Part shown: positions 15,140-25,958 of the stretch, in pieces
How positions within the stretch are numbered: position 1 is the first letter of the stretch
Layout of the letters: every line of letters begins with the position of its first letter
Virus record (IMG/VR): IMGVR_UViG_3300045970_000131
Span: 1 to 57,393 of that record
Reading direction: 5' to 3' (one strand)
Origin: a virus
Taxonomy: Duplodnaviria; Caudoviricetes
Length of the DNA stretch: 57,393 nucleotides
Program-made: the position numbers and the translations under genes
The notes under the pieces: model-generated
Database searches by the model: none
Told to the model about the DNA's origin: nothing
The model's input: only the letters and a program-made list of their open reading frames with translations

Positions 15140-17584
15140 TTATGGTGCCGCCGTATCAGTTACATTCAAGCCCTGATTGCCCAAGGTTACTTTTAGCGCG
15201 TCATAGTTTGCTTGAAGCACTACTGAATTAGGGTTATAAAATTCAACTATTGCTCTACCTTCACCGCCATTTGTTCCAGGATAGTAATAATCAGGGTTTC
15301 CAGATGTACTTAGTGATTGTGAGCCAGCACCGCCAGCACCATATCCAGTTGGTTGTGTTGGATAAGCAAAATAATTCATAACTCCACCAGCACCATATTT
15401 AGAAAACTCACCACTACCTGCTCGAACAGTTGGGCCATCCGGCGCAGATATATAATAAAAATGGTAGTAATAGATTGGAGTTGTAGTGTTATTAAGTGGG
15501 TTAGTTTGATAGTGGTGTATATAGCTGTAATTAGCATTGTTAGCGCCAGCGTAAGCACCACCAGCAGAAGTTAATAATGCTGATCCAATAGCGCCAGTAG
15601 TAGTATTCCTATTGTAAACTGCAGTATTCCCACCGCTTGTACCTGGTGCTCCATATTGATAGCCACCAGATAAGCCAGCAGCGCCAATATAAAGCATAAA
15701 TGTCGATCCTGGTGTTACAGTGAATGTCTGCTTTTGCTCAGTAGAATTTGCTCCACCATTACCAACTTGTGGGTTATGGTATGAATAAACTGTCGCACCA
15801 CCGCCACCACCTCCGCCTATCAGAGTTAATCTCATACGAGTCATTTGTGCTGGAACAGTAATTACTGTTTGACCAGATGGAACATTAGCTCTTGTATATA
15901 TGTCAGTACGTCCACCAAATGATGAAATATCTATAACACCAGCACGCAAAGAACCAGCAAATTCACCAGTAGAACCCGTTATATCACCATAAAATGTACC
16001 ATTTGCAGCCAGCAAATTCCCTGAAAACGTACCGCCAGCAGCTTGCAAATCACCAGCAAAAGTACCACTTGCAGCAAATAATGCCCCGCTAAATGTAGCA
16101 TTACCATTGATTATCTGGAATTGTGCTGTGTTAATGTTTAGGTTTATGCCGTTATAGGAAACATACTCACCCGATGCGCTGCCTGCATAAAATGTTGCGT
16201 AACCACCATATGAGCCAAAGAATAGGCCATCACCTGTGCCAAATCCTGTGGCACCCATGCGAATGTTACCAACACCATCAACAATAACGCGATTGGGGCC
16301 GCTGCCTACAGTTACTGACTCACTTGCAGAAATAGTGCCAGCAATTAGCTTGCTTACTGATAAGCTTTGAATCTTTGCATCGCTCACTGCTAAATCTACA
16401 ATCTTTGCCGTATCAACTGCTAGGTTTGCGATCTTTGCATTAGTAATTGTTGCATCGGCTATATAGGCCGCCTTCATATATGCGCCTGATGGAATGGTCA
16501 CGCCATTTACTACTGTAGGCGATGTAAGATAATAGAACGGCGATCCATCTGCTGAATTTGGGTTAGATGCTACTGGTGCAATTGAAAACTTATCAGCAAC
16601 AATCACAAATTCACTATATGGCGTTGCATTATTTAAAGTGCTAGCAAGACCAAATCCTGACACATAGCCATTACTATCAATTTTTACGGTATATTGTGCA
16701 AATAAAGCACCTGTTTGGCTAGCGCGAGTAGTTTGCTCGGTAGCTATCGCGGTTGTATTATCACCAATTGTTGATGATAGTGTTGTTACGGTATTTGCAA
16801 TGGCTGTATCTGCATTACTCCTAGCGGTTGTTTCAGTAGCTACCGCAGCACCAATGCGAGCATCAACCGTAGTATTGACTGCACCACTATTATCAATAAG
16901 ATTAATACGGCTATTGAGTGCATTAGTAAGCTGGTTAGTAGTTAATTGATTATTTAATAGGCTTAAAAAATAAGATGAATCACCAGCAGTAGTACCTGGT
17001 GTTCCAGCAAATGAATTATAATCTCCCGCTATTCCTGCACTAGATACCTGCCTGATCCAGTAATACTTGGTGACATTTGATTCATTGATAAAATCAGGAT
17101 AGACAAAGCCTGTAGATTTTCCGATTGATACAGCTATACCTATGTCATTGGTGTTTGCCCTGAAAATTTCCATGTAACCTGTTGCAATTTCATTCCATTC
17201 AAGAAGAATATTGAACATTGCACCAGTAACTATAAATCCTGTTGGGCTTGCTGGTGGTGTTAAGTCGATCACTGGCGTTGTTGGTGTAACAACACTACTG
17301 CCACTACTTCCACTGCTACCAGTACCACTATTCGGTGCAATAGTGCTATTGTTTGGCGATGTATTCTCTATAATATTTCCATTATCCACAAGATTGACAA
17401 TGCCAGCATCAAACAAGTCACGATAGGTGACTGAGCGATCCAAGCCTTGTCCTTTTGGGCGAGTACCTTCACGAACTTCAAGTATTTCTTTGATTGCTTC
17501 CAATATGGTGCGCGTAGCTGGATCATTAATGCCTTCAAGCGATGGAATTGATGGCAGTTTAGTCGGATTGTTAATGTCACTCAT
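15140..17584 (-). CDS. Tail fibre / receptor-binding protein
   Basis: FN3-like segment, coiled coil, AQYTVKID.NGYVSGFGL (J-like DUF1983), ITNAKI repeats, Gly-rich C-terminal domain. Confidence 0.85.
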   Translation of the reverse strand: MSDINNPTKLPSIPSLEGINDPATRTILEAIKEILEVREGTRPKGQGLDRSVTYRDLFDAGIVNLVDNGNIIENTSPNNSTIAPNSGTGSSGSSGSSVVTPTTPVIDLTPPASPTGFIVTGAMFNILLEWNEIATGYMEIFRANTNDIGIAVSIGKSTGFVYPDFINESNVTKYYWIRQVSSAGIAGDYNSFAGTPGTTAGDSSYFLSLLNNQLTTNQLTNALNSRINLIDNSGAVNTTVDARIGAAVATETTARSNADTAIANTVTTLSSTIGDNTTAIATEQTTRASQTGALFAQYTVKIDSNGYVSGFGLASTLNNATPYSEFVIVADKFSIAPVASNPNSADGSPFYYLTSPTVVNGVTIPSGAYMKAAYIADATITNAKIANLAVDTAKIVDLAVSDAKIQSLSVSKLIAGTISASESVTVGSGPNRVIVDGVGNIRMGATGFGTGDGLFFGSYGGYATFYAGSASGEYVSYNGINLNINTAQFQIINGNATFSGALFAASGTFAGDLQAAGGTFSGNLLAANGTFYGDITGSTGEFAGSLRAGVIDISSFGGRTDIYTRANVPSGQTVITVPAQMTRMRLTLIGGGGGGGATVYSYHNPQVGNGGANSTEQKQTFTVTPGSTFMLYIGAAGLSGGYQYGAPGTSGGNTAVYNRNTTTGAIGSALLTSAGGAYAGANNANYSYIHHYQTNPLNNTTTPIYYYHFYYISAPDGPTVRAGSGEFSKYGAGGVMNYFAYPTQPTGYGAGGAGSQSLSTSGNPDYYYPGTNGGEGRAIVEFYNPNSVVLQANYDALKVTLGNQGLNVTDTAAP

Positions 17585-19428
17585 TCTGCTACGCTTTCAA
17601 TTTCTACAGCGGTTTCAGTAAATGCATAGCCTTTTACTATGTCTGTACCAGTAAATTCAAACTCAAACTGTGTGGCCAAGTAGCCAGATGGCAAACTAAA
17701 GATGTTCTCATCAGTAATGGCAGATGTATCAATCAGCACGCCATCTGCATATAGCTTTAGCGTTAGGTTGTTATAAGTCTCGGCTTTAATCTTTCCATAA
17801 CCGATATTGATAGGCTTAGGCGCTACAAATACGCGGCTGCGCCATGTATAGGTGAGGTTTGATGCAGTGTTGTTATCCATCTTATAAACATCATCACCTA
17901 CCGCTAAATACAAATCACCATTACGCGGATCAGTAAAGCCAGCTGTTGCATAGAAGTCTATTTCGCTGAACTCACCTGTTTGGCTATCGAATATAAACCC
18001 GCCCTGCTTGGTTCCATTGTCATAGAATGCAACATAACGATTTTTCCAGCGATACGCTTGTATGCTAGAAGGCTTGTACTTTTTCCACTCACGTTCAGTA
18101 AACCGTGCTTTTGTTGCGACATCAAAACCGTTAGGTGAAACAAAGGCTAATCCTTCATCACTGGCCCACATGACACCGCCTGCTAGCTCTACAACACTTC
18201 GGCGTGACACACAAGGCTGGCCAAACTTAATATCACTTTGGCTCATGCTGCTAGGATCAGTACCTGTTAATACAGCTGGTATGCCTTCAGTCAATACCAC
18301 AATGGTTGATCCAAAAGTACCAAGGGCCACGGGCTTACGGTTAAAGCTGTACTGGTAAGCAATTGGCCACGCATGCGGCTGGAATGGTTCACAAATACAA
18401 ACAGTGTTAGAAGCAGGCGAAATACCTGTGATCATCCCATTGCTGAATGGCACAATGCCAAGCAAGTCGGATGGTGGTGGTAAGTAATAGAGTGATGGTA
18501 TGTTTTCAGCAAGGTTGCTAGTTGCAATATTATCGGTGTAAGTAGATATAGCAATATCTACCTCAGAAACATATCGCAGTGTTGACTGTGTGCTACCACT
18601 AGCGGTGCGATATAGTCTCTTAGTCACGATGTTATAGCTGCCTGATGGCGTAGGTGGTAAATCTGTCACATAGACTGTCTGTCCAGCATATACGCTGATC
18701 ATGTTTGAAACGGCTGGCGCACCCTCTTCACCTAATGAACTTTTGAATGTCACTGCATATACGCGACTTTCAGCTATACCGCCCCAGTTATAACCCAAGG
18801 TACCGGCTGCATTAGCTGCAGGCGTACCAGTCATGGTATAAGCCCATGAATAGGAATCAAGAACAGTGATTTTAAACTGTCCATTGTAAAGTGCGTCAGA
18901 AGCCCCAGTGATCGTCAAGCTATCGCCCGTTGCTTTCCCATGGGCCGCCGGCACTATCACCGTGGCCGTGGTACCGCTTTTGGTAATTGATGTAATAGGC
19001 TGATCAGAAGCAGTAAGCCCAAGGTTCATTGTTGGCGTTGGAATGCCTAAGTTATATGATGCATTTGGATAAGGTGCGCTAGTAATAGAGAATGGTGAGT
19101 AAGCCATCTTAGGCACGCCATCACCAGTGTAATAGGTGCGCTCACGGGTTTCATTGTTGCTGAACCCGCGAACCACATTAACTAGGCTATCCCAGTGAAA
19201 CCAGTATTGAGTATCATCAGTTGCATCTTGTCCAAAGCGGTACATGCTAAGCTTCACCCCAGCACGTGAGAGCAATTGATTCCCGATTTTAAGAAGGCTA
19301 TACAGTGGACGTAACTCACCAGAAGTTAGATTAACATTAACGGCCAGCTGCGCATGGTTATTATCCAGCAAGCGCGGTGAAACCATCGGGATCATTCCTG
19401 CGAACTGATTATTGGTAAATCCTGACAT
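17581..19428 (-). CDS. Tail nozzle / head-closure protein
   Basis: FAGMIP...AVNV N-terminus, PHAWP, beta-propeller-like C-terminus, TWRSR; position after adaptor genes. Confidence 0.7.
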   Translation of the reverse strand: MSGFTNNQFAGMIPMVSPRLLDNNHAQLAVNVNLTSGELRPLYSLLKIGNQLLSRAGVKLSMYRFGQDATDDTQYWFHWDSLVNVVRGFSNNETRERTYYTGDGVPKMAYSPFSITSAPYPNASYNLGIPTPTMNLGLTASDQPITSITKSGTTATVIVPAAHGKATGDSLTITGASDALYNGQFKITVLDSYSWAYTMTGTPAANAAGTLGYNWGGIAESRVYAVTFKSSLGEEGAPAVSNMISVYAGQTVYVTDLPPTPSGSYNIVTKRLYRTASGSTQSTLRYVSEVDIAISTYTDNIATSNLAENIPSLYYLPPPSDLLGIVPFSNGMITGISPASNTVCICEPFQPHAWPIAYQYSFNRKPVALGTFGSTIVVLTEGIPAVLTGTDPSSMSQSDIKFGQPCVSRRSVVELAGGVMWASDEGLAFVSPNGFDVATKARFTEREWKKYKPSSIQAYRWKNRYVAFYDNGTKQGGFIFDSQTGEFSEIDFYATAGFTDPRNGDLYLAVGDDVYKMDNNTASNLTYTWRSRVFVAPKPINIGYGKIKAETYNNLTLKLYADGVLIDTSAITDENIFSLPSGYLATQFEFEFTGTDIVKGYAFTETAVEIESVAE

Positions 19429-19436
19429 GGTTTGTC

Positions 19437-20069
19437 CTAGATTGAATTATGAGTACGGACGCGGCGAGAGCCACGTGCAAAGCCACGTAGCACATCACTT
19501 TTAACGGTGCTGCACATTTCTGCAAATTTTGCTTTGTGATATGCAGCTAGATTTGAATCAGTCCACGGCTTAGAAGGTATTTCAAATAACCTTGCTTTTG
19601 CCCCATGCACGATCTCATCATAGTAATTGTCAGTAATTACATCATCGATTTGTGCAATGCTACGTGTTGGCTTTACTGCTGCTGTAATATCAAGTAAGGA
19701 CGATACATTTGCATTAGGATTAGGAACTAATACTAGGTTATCTGGTGATAGCTGAATGAATGCATTAGTCGTACCTAGCACTTTTCTCCAATCCGTTGGA
19801 TAGCGCTGAGATAGGACTACCTCTTCAGTTGAGTCTAGCTTTTTACCGCTAAGATATACGCGCATTACTTCAACTACAGTGCGATCCTGTGTTGAGATAA
19901 AACCATAAGTAGAATTATTGATATATGTTGCCCCTACTTCTTGGCGTAATAATAATGTTTCCTCGCAAAAATCAATCACTGCCAAACGGATATGATGCAA
20001 TGCAAATTCAGGCTGCATGTTCACAAAGTCTGGTAAGACTTCATCATACCAAATAGTTATGTTCTGCAT
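19437..20069 (-). CDS. Head-tail adaptor protein
   Basis: AVIDFCEET and IVHGAKARL...PWTD motifs; synteny. Confidence 0.65.
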   Translation of the reverse strand: MQNITIWYDEVLPDFVNMQPEFALHHIRLAVIDFCEETLLLRQEVGATYINNSTYGFISTQDRTVVEVMRVYLSGKKLDSTEEVVLSQRYPTDWRKVLGTTNAFIQLSPDNLVLVPNPNANVSSLLDITAAVKPTRSIAQIDDVITDNYYDEIVHGAKARLFEIPSKPWTDSNLAAYHKAKFAEMCSTVKSDVLRGFARGSRRVRTHNSI

Positions 20070-20396
20070 TTATCGCCCCGATTCTTTACTTGTAAGTGAT
20101 AGATATAGGCCCGCCCGTTCTATTGACGATGCTTCTGTATTGATCATGTGCGCTCGGCCAATGACATAATCTGCACCAGCCCGATCAAAAGTTGCAGGAA
20201 AAGGGTAGTTGTCTGTCAATGCAAGCGTGCCAGGTAATGAAGAAAACTTGCCAATGAATAAATCTGGCCGTTGCTGGATCATGGTTTGAACGTAGTTATT
20301 TAAAAACAGAAGCAAATCATTATCTGCATAACGCTTCTTGGCGTTGTCATTCAGGTCTTTCCTAGATAAATCGATCACTGCTTGCATTGTAGACAT
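20070..20396 (-). CDS. Head completion / adaptor-like protein
   Basis: LND...RY...LL.FLN...RPD motif; synteny. Confidence 0.6.
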   Translation of the reverse strand: MSTMQAVIDLSRKDLNDNAKKRYADNDLLLFLNNYVQTMIQQRPDLFIGKFSSLPGTLALTDNYPFPATFDRAGADYVIGRAHMINTEASSIERAGLYLSLTSKESGR

Positions 20397-20405
20397 GGAA
20401 AATCC

Positions 20406-20783
20406 TTAAAGTACGATTGCACCAGCTTGTAATTTAGATACGTTTTGACGCATAGTATCAATGCTGTCACGTGGGTTTAATTTACGGCCAAAATGTGCAA
20501 TAGAGTATTGATTCAATTGTTCTTTGGTAGCTGTTGACATATTGATAAAAGGTGCATCATCCTCAGTAGTAAGATTTGGATCGATCTCACCATCAATGTC
20601 AGTCGCTGGCAATCCTTTGCTTATGTCTTCGCCTTCTGCTACAGCCCAAACATCAGCGTATTGCAGTAATAATCGTACTTTGTTATCTGGATATTCAAGC
20701 GTTTCACCGTTTTGCCAGATAATGCCTGTACGCCCAACGATGTCAGGTTGCTCAGATTTTTTACCGATATAAGTTATTTTCAT
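20406..20783 (-). CDS. Hypothetical virion-module protein
   Basis: Start re-set to MKITY at 20783 (GAGGTG SD); the upstream part of the track ORF overlaps a terminator. Confidence 0.6.
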   Translation of the reverse strand: MKITYIGKKSEQPDIVGRTGIIWQNGETLEYPDNKVRLLLQYADVWAVAEGEDISKGLPATDIDGEIDPNLTTEDDAPFINMSTATKEQLNQYSIAHFGRKLNPRDSIDTMRQNVSKLQAGAIVL

Positions 20784-20793
20784 ATTCACCTCA

Positions 20794-20820
20794 ATAAAAA
20801 AGGGCGGTGTTACCCGCCCT
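20794..20820 (-). terminator. Rho-independent terminator after the capsid genes
   Basis: AGGGCGGGTAACACCGCCC followed by TTTTTTATT. Confidence 0.65.
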
Positions 20821-20847
20821 ATTGGTTGCATTAAAACTAAGTTTTAA

Positions 20848-21321
20848 TTAATTAACGCCTTGCAAAATACCTGATGCATGAGCGCTAACCTTGCCTGCTT
20901 GGAATGCTGCTGCATTTGTAGTAGGTGTTATTGTCACGATTAAGTCTTTTTCCACAAAGTATGGGTGGAAGAAAGGCTGTGTACGCAATTGAGCTTGGAA
21001 TGAAATACCAGCCCCAAATGCATTATCAGCAGTAGCTGCTGCGCCGAATGATTTAGCAAAGTCAGTTGTACCGCCTACTGATACGGCTGAACCATCTGCA
21101 TAAACAAAGCCGATCTTGCCTACAGCTGCAGCGCCTGTATCTAAGTCATCAGCACTGATCACTAAGCCAGTAAGCTTGGTGCCTGCTGGGATTAATAGAG
21201 GTTGAACAGTGTCAGCCGTAGTAAATGCGCCTACTGTTGCCACGTTTTCATAAGTAACTGCATTGCCGTAGCAACCGTTATTTGTTTTCTTGCTGCGTAA
21301 ATCTGATGGTGCGCTATTCAT
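20848..21321 (-). CDS. Capsid decoration / cement protein (putative)
   Basis: Beta-rich, IPAGTK...DDLDTG motif, directly after the major capsid gene. Confidence 0.6.
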   Translation of the reverse strand: MNSAPSDLRSKKTNNGCYGNAVTYENVATVGAFTTADTVQPLLIPAGTKLTGLVISADDLDTGAAAVGKIGFVYADGSAVSVGGTTDFAKSFGAAATADNAFGAGISFQAQLRTQPFFHPYFVEKDLIVTITPTTNAAAFQAGKVSAHASGILQGVN

Positions 21322-21380
21322 AATGAATACTCCTAAAATTAAAGATTAAAACTAGCTAGGGGAATTACCCCCTAGTATCG

Positions 21381-22688
21381 TTAGAATGGAAGTTTGATTA
21401 CGCTGTCGATTACTGCAACACCGTAGTCGGTTGGAACTGTTGTGCCATCACTAGCTGTGATGTCAAATGACACTTTTGCTTTACCAGCACTAGCAGATAA
21501 AGCTGCTTCGTATTGGTTGCCGTGGTCAAGTAACTTCTCAGACACATGATAGAAAGAACCAGACTCTTTACGAGCGCCCCAAGCTGCTACCAATGCTTGT
21601 CCACCTAATAACAATGAACGTACAACTTTGTAGCCAGCAGTCAATGAGCCATTTACTACTTGAGCAGACTCAGTACGACTACCCTTATTTGCTGCTGTAA
21701 TGATTTGAGTCGTATCACTTGGGTTAAACATGATTGAACGTGTCATCTTTTTCACAAGAATGTTATTCCAGATGTAGATTTCACCACGCAATAATGGTGG
21801 CAATTTGCCTGCATTCATTGCTTGGCGTAATTGGCCATACTTTTGGAAGTCACGAATGTTTTGTGTTGCAGTATCTTTCAATAATGCACTGAAAGCATAT
21901 GGATCAAGTAACAACAAGCCTAATGGCTCATCATCAGCTGCCGCGTCACCATCCAAACGAATGCGTGTCATTGGACGATCTACAGCACTGTAAAGGTGTG
22001 TTAAATCATCAATCACGCTTAATTTGAATGTATCAGTAGTTGCTACTGAACCCAATTGCTCACCACCCTGGATAATGCCGCCATTGCTTACAACAAAATG
22101 TCGGTTATAGGTTGGTGCTTTTACTGGGTTCACAGTAATTGCTGAAAAGTCAGGATCAGATTGAAGCGGAACTGCAGCCCAGTCATCACCAGTTTGAGCG
22201 CCACGTGCACCAGATAACTGTACTTGCGTGATTTGATCTTCATAGTGATTCATTGAGTTATAAGTAGAGCTCAATGCTAATTTTTTCAAATCGTGCGGTG
22301 TACGTTGTTGTGTTGCGCTACCGCCTGAGTTAAAGGCAAAACGCACTTGGTTGATGTCCACGTCCATGTTAGTCAATGATAATTTCTCACCACGGCCTTC
22401 AAGGTTGTTATCACCCATGGTTGGTTTTGTCACTTTCACGTTGAGTAAATCAACTTTCAAGCGATCCCCTGCTACTTTTTGCAAGTCGGTAGCTTTAACT
22501 ACAGGCATTTCAGCCTTAGTTTGACCACGCAAATTAGCGTTTGCACTAGCATCAGTAGGTAATTCTCCTGATAGTGCGTTCATTAGAGTTTGTCTACGTT
22601 GAGTGGCGATGAATAGTGCCTCTGAATACGCGACATTACCAACGGTTTTATTACCGCTGGCGATTGATGCAATTTGTGATGCTGCCAT
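21381..22688 (-). CDS. Major capsid protein (N4-gp56 / DUF4043-like)
   Basis: DLQKVAGD, PTMGDNNLEGRGE, QQRTPHDL, NPVKAPTYNRH, DYGVAVIDS motifs; AGGAG SD. Confidence 0.9.
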   Translation of the reverse strand: MAASQIASIASGNKTVGNVAYSEALFIATQRRQTLMNALSGELPTDASANANLRGQTKAEMPVVKATDLQKVAGDRLKVDLLNVKVTKPTMGDNNLEGRGEKLSLTNMDVDINQVRFAFNSGGSATQQRTPHDLKKLALSSTYNSMNHYEDQITQVQLSGARGAQTGDDWAAVPLQSDPDFSAITVNPVKAPTYNRHFVVSNGGIIQGGEQLGSVATTDTFKLSVIDDLTHLYSAVDRPMTRIRLDGDAAADDEPLGLLLLDPYAFSALLKDTATQNIRDFQKYGQLRQAMNAGKLPPLLRGEIYIWNNILVKKMTRSIMFNPSDTTQIITAANKGSRTESAQVVNGSLTAGYKVVRSLLLGGQALVAAWGARKESGSFYHVSEKLLDHGNQYEAALSASAGKAKVSFDITASDGTTVPTDYGVAVIDSVIKLPF

Positions 22689-22707
22689 GATATTGCTCCT
22701 TTATAGG

Positions 22708-22737
22708 CGAAAAAAAACCACCTCAATGGGTGGCTTC
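22708..22737 (-). terminator. Rho-independent terminator
   Basis: GCCACCCATTGAGGTGG followed by a T8 run. Confidence 0.6.
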
Positions 22738-22757
22738 GCTGTATTAAAAAAAGTTAG

Positions 22758-23717
22758 TTAGGACGCATTGATCTGCGCCATGATTTGGTCTGATGTCAAT
22801 CCTTTAGTCATCTGACGGGTTTGTGACGCATCAGCGTTTTCAAAGGTGACTCGTTCCGTTGGGTAGTTACCGCTTGGCATATCTGACAAGCTGTTCGGCC
22901 CAGTTTGTTTCTTAACCACGGCTCTTGGTGTTTGAGCGTTTGTGGTTTCTTGTGAAGATTTAATAACCTCGCCGTGCTTCATTTCAATGAGTCGTGCAAC
23001 ATCGTTAAAGCGCTCAGCTTTAGATATTCCCTGATACTCTGGCAAATTAATCAACGTGTTATCTAAACGCTTAGCCTCTTCCCACAAATCAGGTCTGTTA
23101 TCGCGCATGAAAATTAGCTTTTCATTGCTATTCAGGGCCTTTTCTGCTTCGGCTTGTTCGTTTTTGATAGCGGTAGCTGATTCCTCTTCCAGTCGTGCAT
23201 CACGCTCTTTAAATAACTGATCAAGGGCCGCTTTTAACTGCGGCACGGTGCTTAGCTCTTTCTTTTGCGCAAGCATTTCTTCAACAAGTTCAGGGAATAC
23301 CTCTTTAGCCTCTGCAAATTTCTCATCAAACTCACGAGAATCTACATCGGCCTTAACTGCATTCTGACTTGCTGTTATCGCATCAAGCTGGGACTGAAGT
23401 TCTTGCGCTTTTGCTTCTGCTGCCTCACGTCCTGCACGTTCTGCAACCTTCTCAGCGCGTTCTTTTGCAACGACACTATATGGCAGGGTATGTTGGCCAT
23501 CTTTTGTCAAAATTACTGTATCTGCTTGGGTGTCGGACGCTTCACCCTTGTTATCGACCTGTTGAGCATTACTGTCATCTTGCTCGCTGACCTCTTCTGT
23601 GGGTTCAGTGGCATTCACTTCATCAGCTGCCGCCTCTAAACCTGCTTCTTGATCAACCATTGCAAACATACCCGCTAGCGGGTTATTCAAATCTTCACTC
23701 ATATTTTCCTCTGCCAT
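22758..23717 (-). CDS. Scaffolding protein
   Basis: Acidic coiled coil, ILTKDGQHTLPYSV motif, between portal and capsid genes. Confidence 0.8.
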   Translation of the reverse strand: MAEENMSEDLNNPLAGMFAMVDQEAGLEAAADEVNATEPTEEVSEQDDSNAQQVDNKGEASDTQADTVILTKDGQHTLPYSVVAKERAEKVAERAGREAAEAKAQELQSQLDAITASQNAVKADVDSREFDEKFAEAKEVFPELVEEMLAQKKELSTVPQLKAALDQLFKERDARLEEESATAIKNEQAEAEKALNSNEKLIFMRDNRPDLWEEAKRLDNTLINLPEYQGISKAERFNDVARLIEMKHGEVIKSSQETTNAQTPRAVVKKQTGPNSLSDMPSGNYPTERVTFENADASQTRQMTKGLTSDQIMAQINAS

Positions 23718-23791
23718 TTATCGTATGGTTACGAAGTTGCGCACGGCCCAGCTATTTATCGAATAGCTCCGAGATTTTGGGACGTACAAAT

Positions 23792-23815
23792 GAAAAAACC
23801 CGCCGAAGCGGGTTC
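23792..23815 (-). terminator. Rho-independent terminator after portal
   Basis: AACCCGCTTCGGCGGG followed by TTTTTT. Confidence 0.7.
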
Positions 23816-23834
23816 CTATCAACGAGTTACCTCG

Positions 23835-25889
23835 CTAATTCTGTGTTGGACTGTTGTTGTCCATTTCTTTAATCAATTCACCAAGCTGCTTCATTGAAGT
23901 CATCAAGGTTTGAATCTGGTTGTCTTTATCAGCCAGCGCCGTATTGTTGCGCTCTTGCTGTAACTCAATAGCCCCTTGGTTTTTTAGCTCAATCTCTTTC
24001 AGCGCCAAATCACGATCAGCCTGCTTGTCATTTAATGCAGCCTGTAGCTGTTGCATTTGTTGTTGAAGCTGCTGGATAACCTGCTGGTATTTCGCGGCTT
24101 GTGGGTCTTCATTGTCAGCAATGCCAAAGGCAGCTTTAAGTGCCTTAACAATCTCTTTTCGGTGTGGCAATTCGCTGGTATCGAAGTAATATGGGTAAAG
24201 AATTGCTTGCGCTTGTGGCGATGCGCCTTGCAAGGCAGCTGCAAAAAATTGCTGTTGTTGTGATCGATAGGCTGCGCTAGTTGATACGTCTTCCAGTGTG
24301 ACTTTTACCAAAGCTGAGCTAACATCATTCACGATAGCCATCTGTCCGTTTTGCATCACGCGCTGATTGATTGCAACATCACGCGGCTTGTCTTCACCTA
24401 CTGTAACAACCATTTCTTTTCCTTTTAAATCCTCGCGGATAAGGTCAAGTAATAATTGTCCAACCATTCTGCGACTAAATCGGTGGTTATCAAATAGCCC
24501 AGCAACGGTAGTCGAGCTCTGTTCAACTAATGAGTTAATGGCCACGCCTGAAGATGTATTGCCTTGGCTTCCTAGTGCCTGATCGTAGATGCTAGTCACT
24601 CTCTGTACTGCTGCACGTGCATCATTCATGACATTAAACTGTTGTGCAGTTAGCTCATCTGCTTCTACTTTGAAAATACCACCAGCACGCATTGCATCTT
24701 TATCTAGCTCAATGTCAGCATCAGGACGTGCAATTTCATCACGCATCATGTCAACGTCTTTTACTGCATCGCTAGTACGGATCACGCGGCGTGATCCTAA
24801 GTTATGCATAAGCTTGGCACGTCTGGCATTCATTTCATCTTGCAGCGGCATGATGTTACGTGGCACGCCGTAGGGAATACCTGTTAAGTCTTCGCGGTAT
24901 GCAAAGAACGGCACATACGGAAAATGATTATGGCGATAAGGTGTCCAGTCATCTGAAAGTTTCAAGGGGCCAACCCAAAATGCACGGCGCATCTTAGCAA
25001 ATGTAGCCTCTACTACTTCAATCTGCCCACTATCAAGCAATGCAATATGATTTTGGTTATCGTCATCTACTTCTATTGCCCTACCATCAGGCAATTTAAA
25101 TACTTTCTTAGTCACATAACGTCTGTACCAAACCTCAGACAAACATACTTTACGTGTTGCTGTATGCAACCACTCATATTCTGGAATAGTTGACCGGCCC
25201 ATGGCTGCATATTCACTTTGCATCAATGAATTATTCAGGAAGTTGTCATTTAGCCATAAGCCATTAGTTGCACAATGCATTAGCTCTGCTTTATCTGGAA
25301 ACCATGACTCAACTAATTTGCTATCAATCCAGCGCTGGCGCTTCATCCATACTGCATCCTCAAGCATTGGATCGCGTGCTGTCCAATCCCATGTTATTTC
25401 ATTGCGATGAACGGCTACGCAGCGATAAGGATATTTAAACGGGTTAGATTCACGTGATACTTCAACAAAGCCAAAGCCTGCTTTAATTGCTGATTCAAAG
25501 CCATCTGAACATGCACGATCTGCTTTTGATTCACGCTCAGCTTCATATAACTTCTGGCTTAATACTTCTGCAACATCAGTCCAGTCTTCTGTATCAGGTG
25601 CCACACGCCAATCTGTACGGCTCTTAGCTTCCATTCCGACAAGTAAATCAATCGGTGGACGGGTGATGTTTTCAAAGATTGCACCCATGCCAAGCTGACG
25701 GTAGCGCTCAAGTGTCGCAGCATCAAACTGGTTGCCATCAACATATTCACAAGCCTTATTTGATTCTTTTCTGAATTGCGGCTGATTTAGTGCTTCAAAG
25801 TACCACTTTTGAAGCTCATGCAATGTCAATTCAAAAGGATCATGCTCTTTTTCATGAACTGGCTCTTGATGTTGTTGAATGTAATCCAT
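23835..25889 (-). CDS. Portal protein (P22-like)
   Basis: YVDGNQF, FPYVPFF, PYG...QDEMNARRAK, SGVAI motifs; C-terminal barrel coiled coil. Confidence 0.9.
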   Translation of the reverse strand: MDYIQQHQEPVHEKEHDPFELTLHELQKWYFEALNQPQFRKESNKACEYVDGNQFDAATLERYRQLGMGAIFENITRPPIDLLVGMEAKSRTDWRVAPDTEDWTDVAEVLSQKLYEAERESKADRACSDGFESAIKAGFGFVEVSRESNPFKYPYRCVAVHRNEITWDWTARDPMLEDAVWMKRQRWIDSKLVESWFPDKAELMHCATNGLWLNDNFLNNSLMQSEYAAMGRSTIPEYEWLHTATRKVCLSEVWYRRYVTKKVFKLPDGRAIEVDDDNQNHIALLDSGQIEVVEATFAKMRRAFWVGPLKLSDDWTPYRHNHFPYVPFFAYREDLTGIPYGVPRNIMPLQDEMNARRAKLMHNLGSRRVIRTSDAVKDVDMMRDEIARPDADIELDKDAMRAGGIFKVEADELTAQQFNVMNDARAAVQRVTSIYDQALGSQGNTSSGVAINSLVEQSSTTVAGLFDNHRFSRRMVGQLLLDLIREDLKGKEMVVTVGEDKPRDVAINQRVMQNGQMAIVNDVSSALVKVTLEDVSTSAAYRSQQQQFFAAALQGASPQAQAILYPYYFDTSELPHRKEIVKALKAAFGIADNEDPQAAKYQQVIQQLQQQMQQLQAALNDKQADRDLALKEIELKNQGAIELQQERNNTALADKDNQIQTLMTSMKQLGELIKEMDNNSPTQN

Positions 25890-25911
25890 GTCATTTCATT
25901 TTCTATAGGCA

Positions 25912-25937
25912 ATAAAAAAGCCCCCGAAGGAGCTCTT
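25912..25937 (-). terminator. Rho-independent terminator after the DUF1501 gene
   Basis: GAGCTCCTTCGGGGGC followed by TTTTTTATT. Confidence 0.65.
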
Positions 25938-25958
25938 AAAAATTACTGATTTTTTTAG

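Noticed and set aside
15140-17584. Diversity-generating retroelement target in the Tyr-rich fibre tip
   Set aside because: No reverse transcriptase gene or template repeat seen in the window
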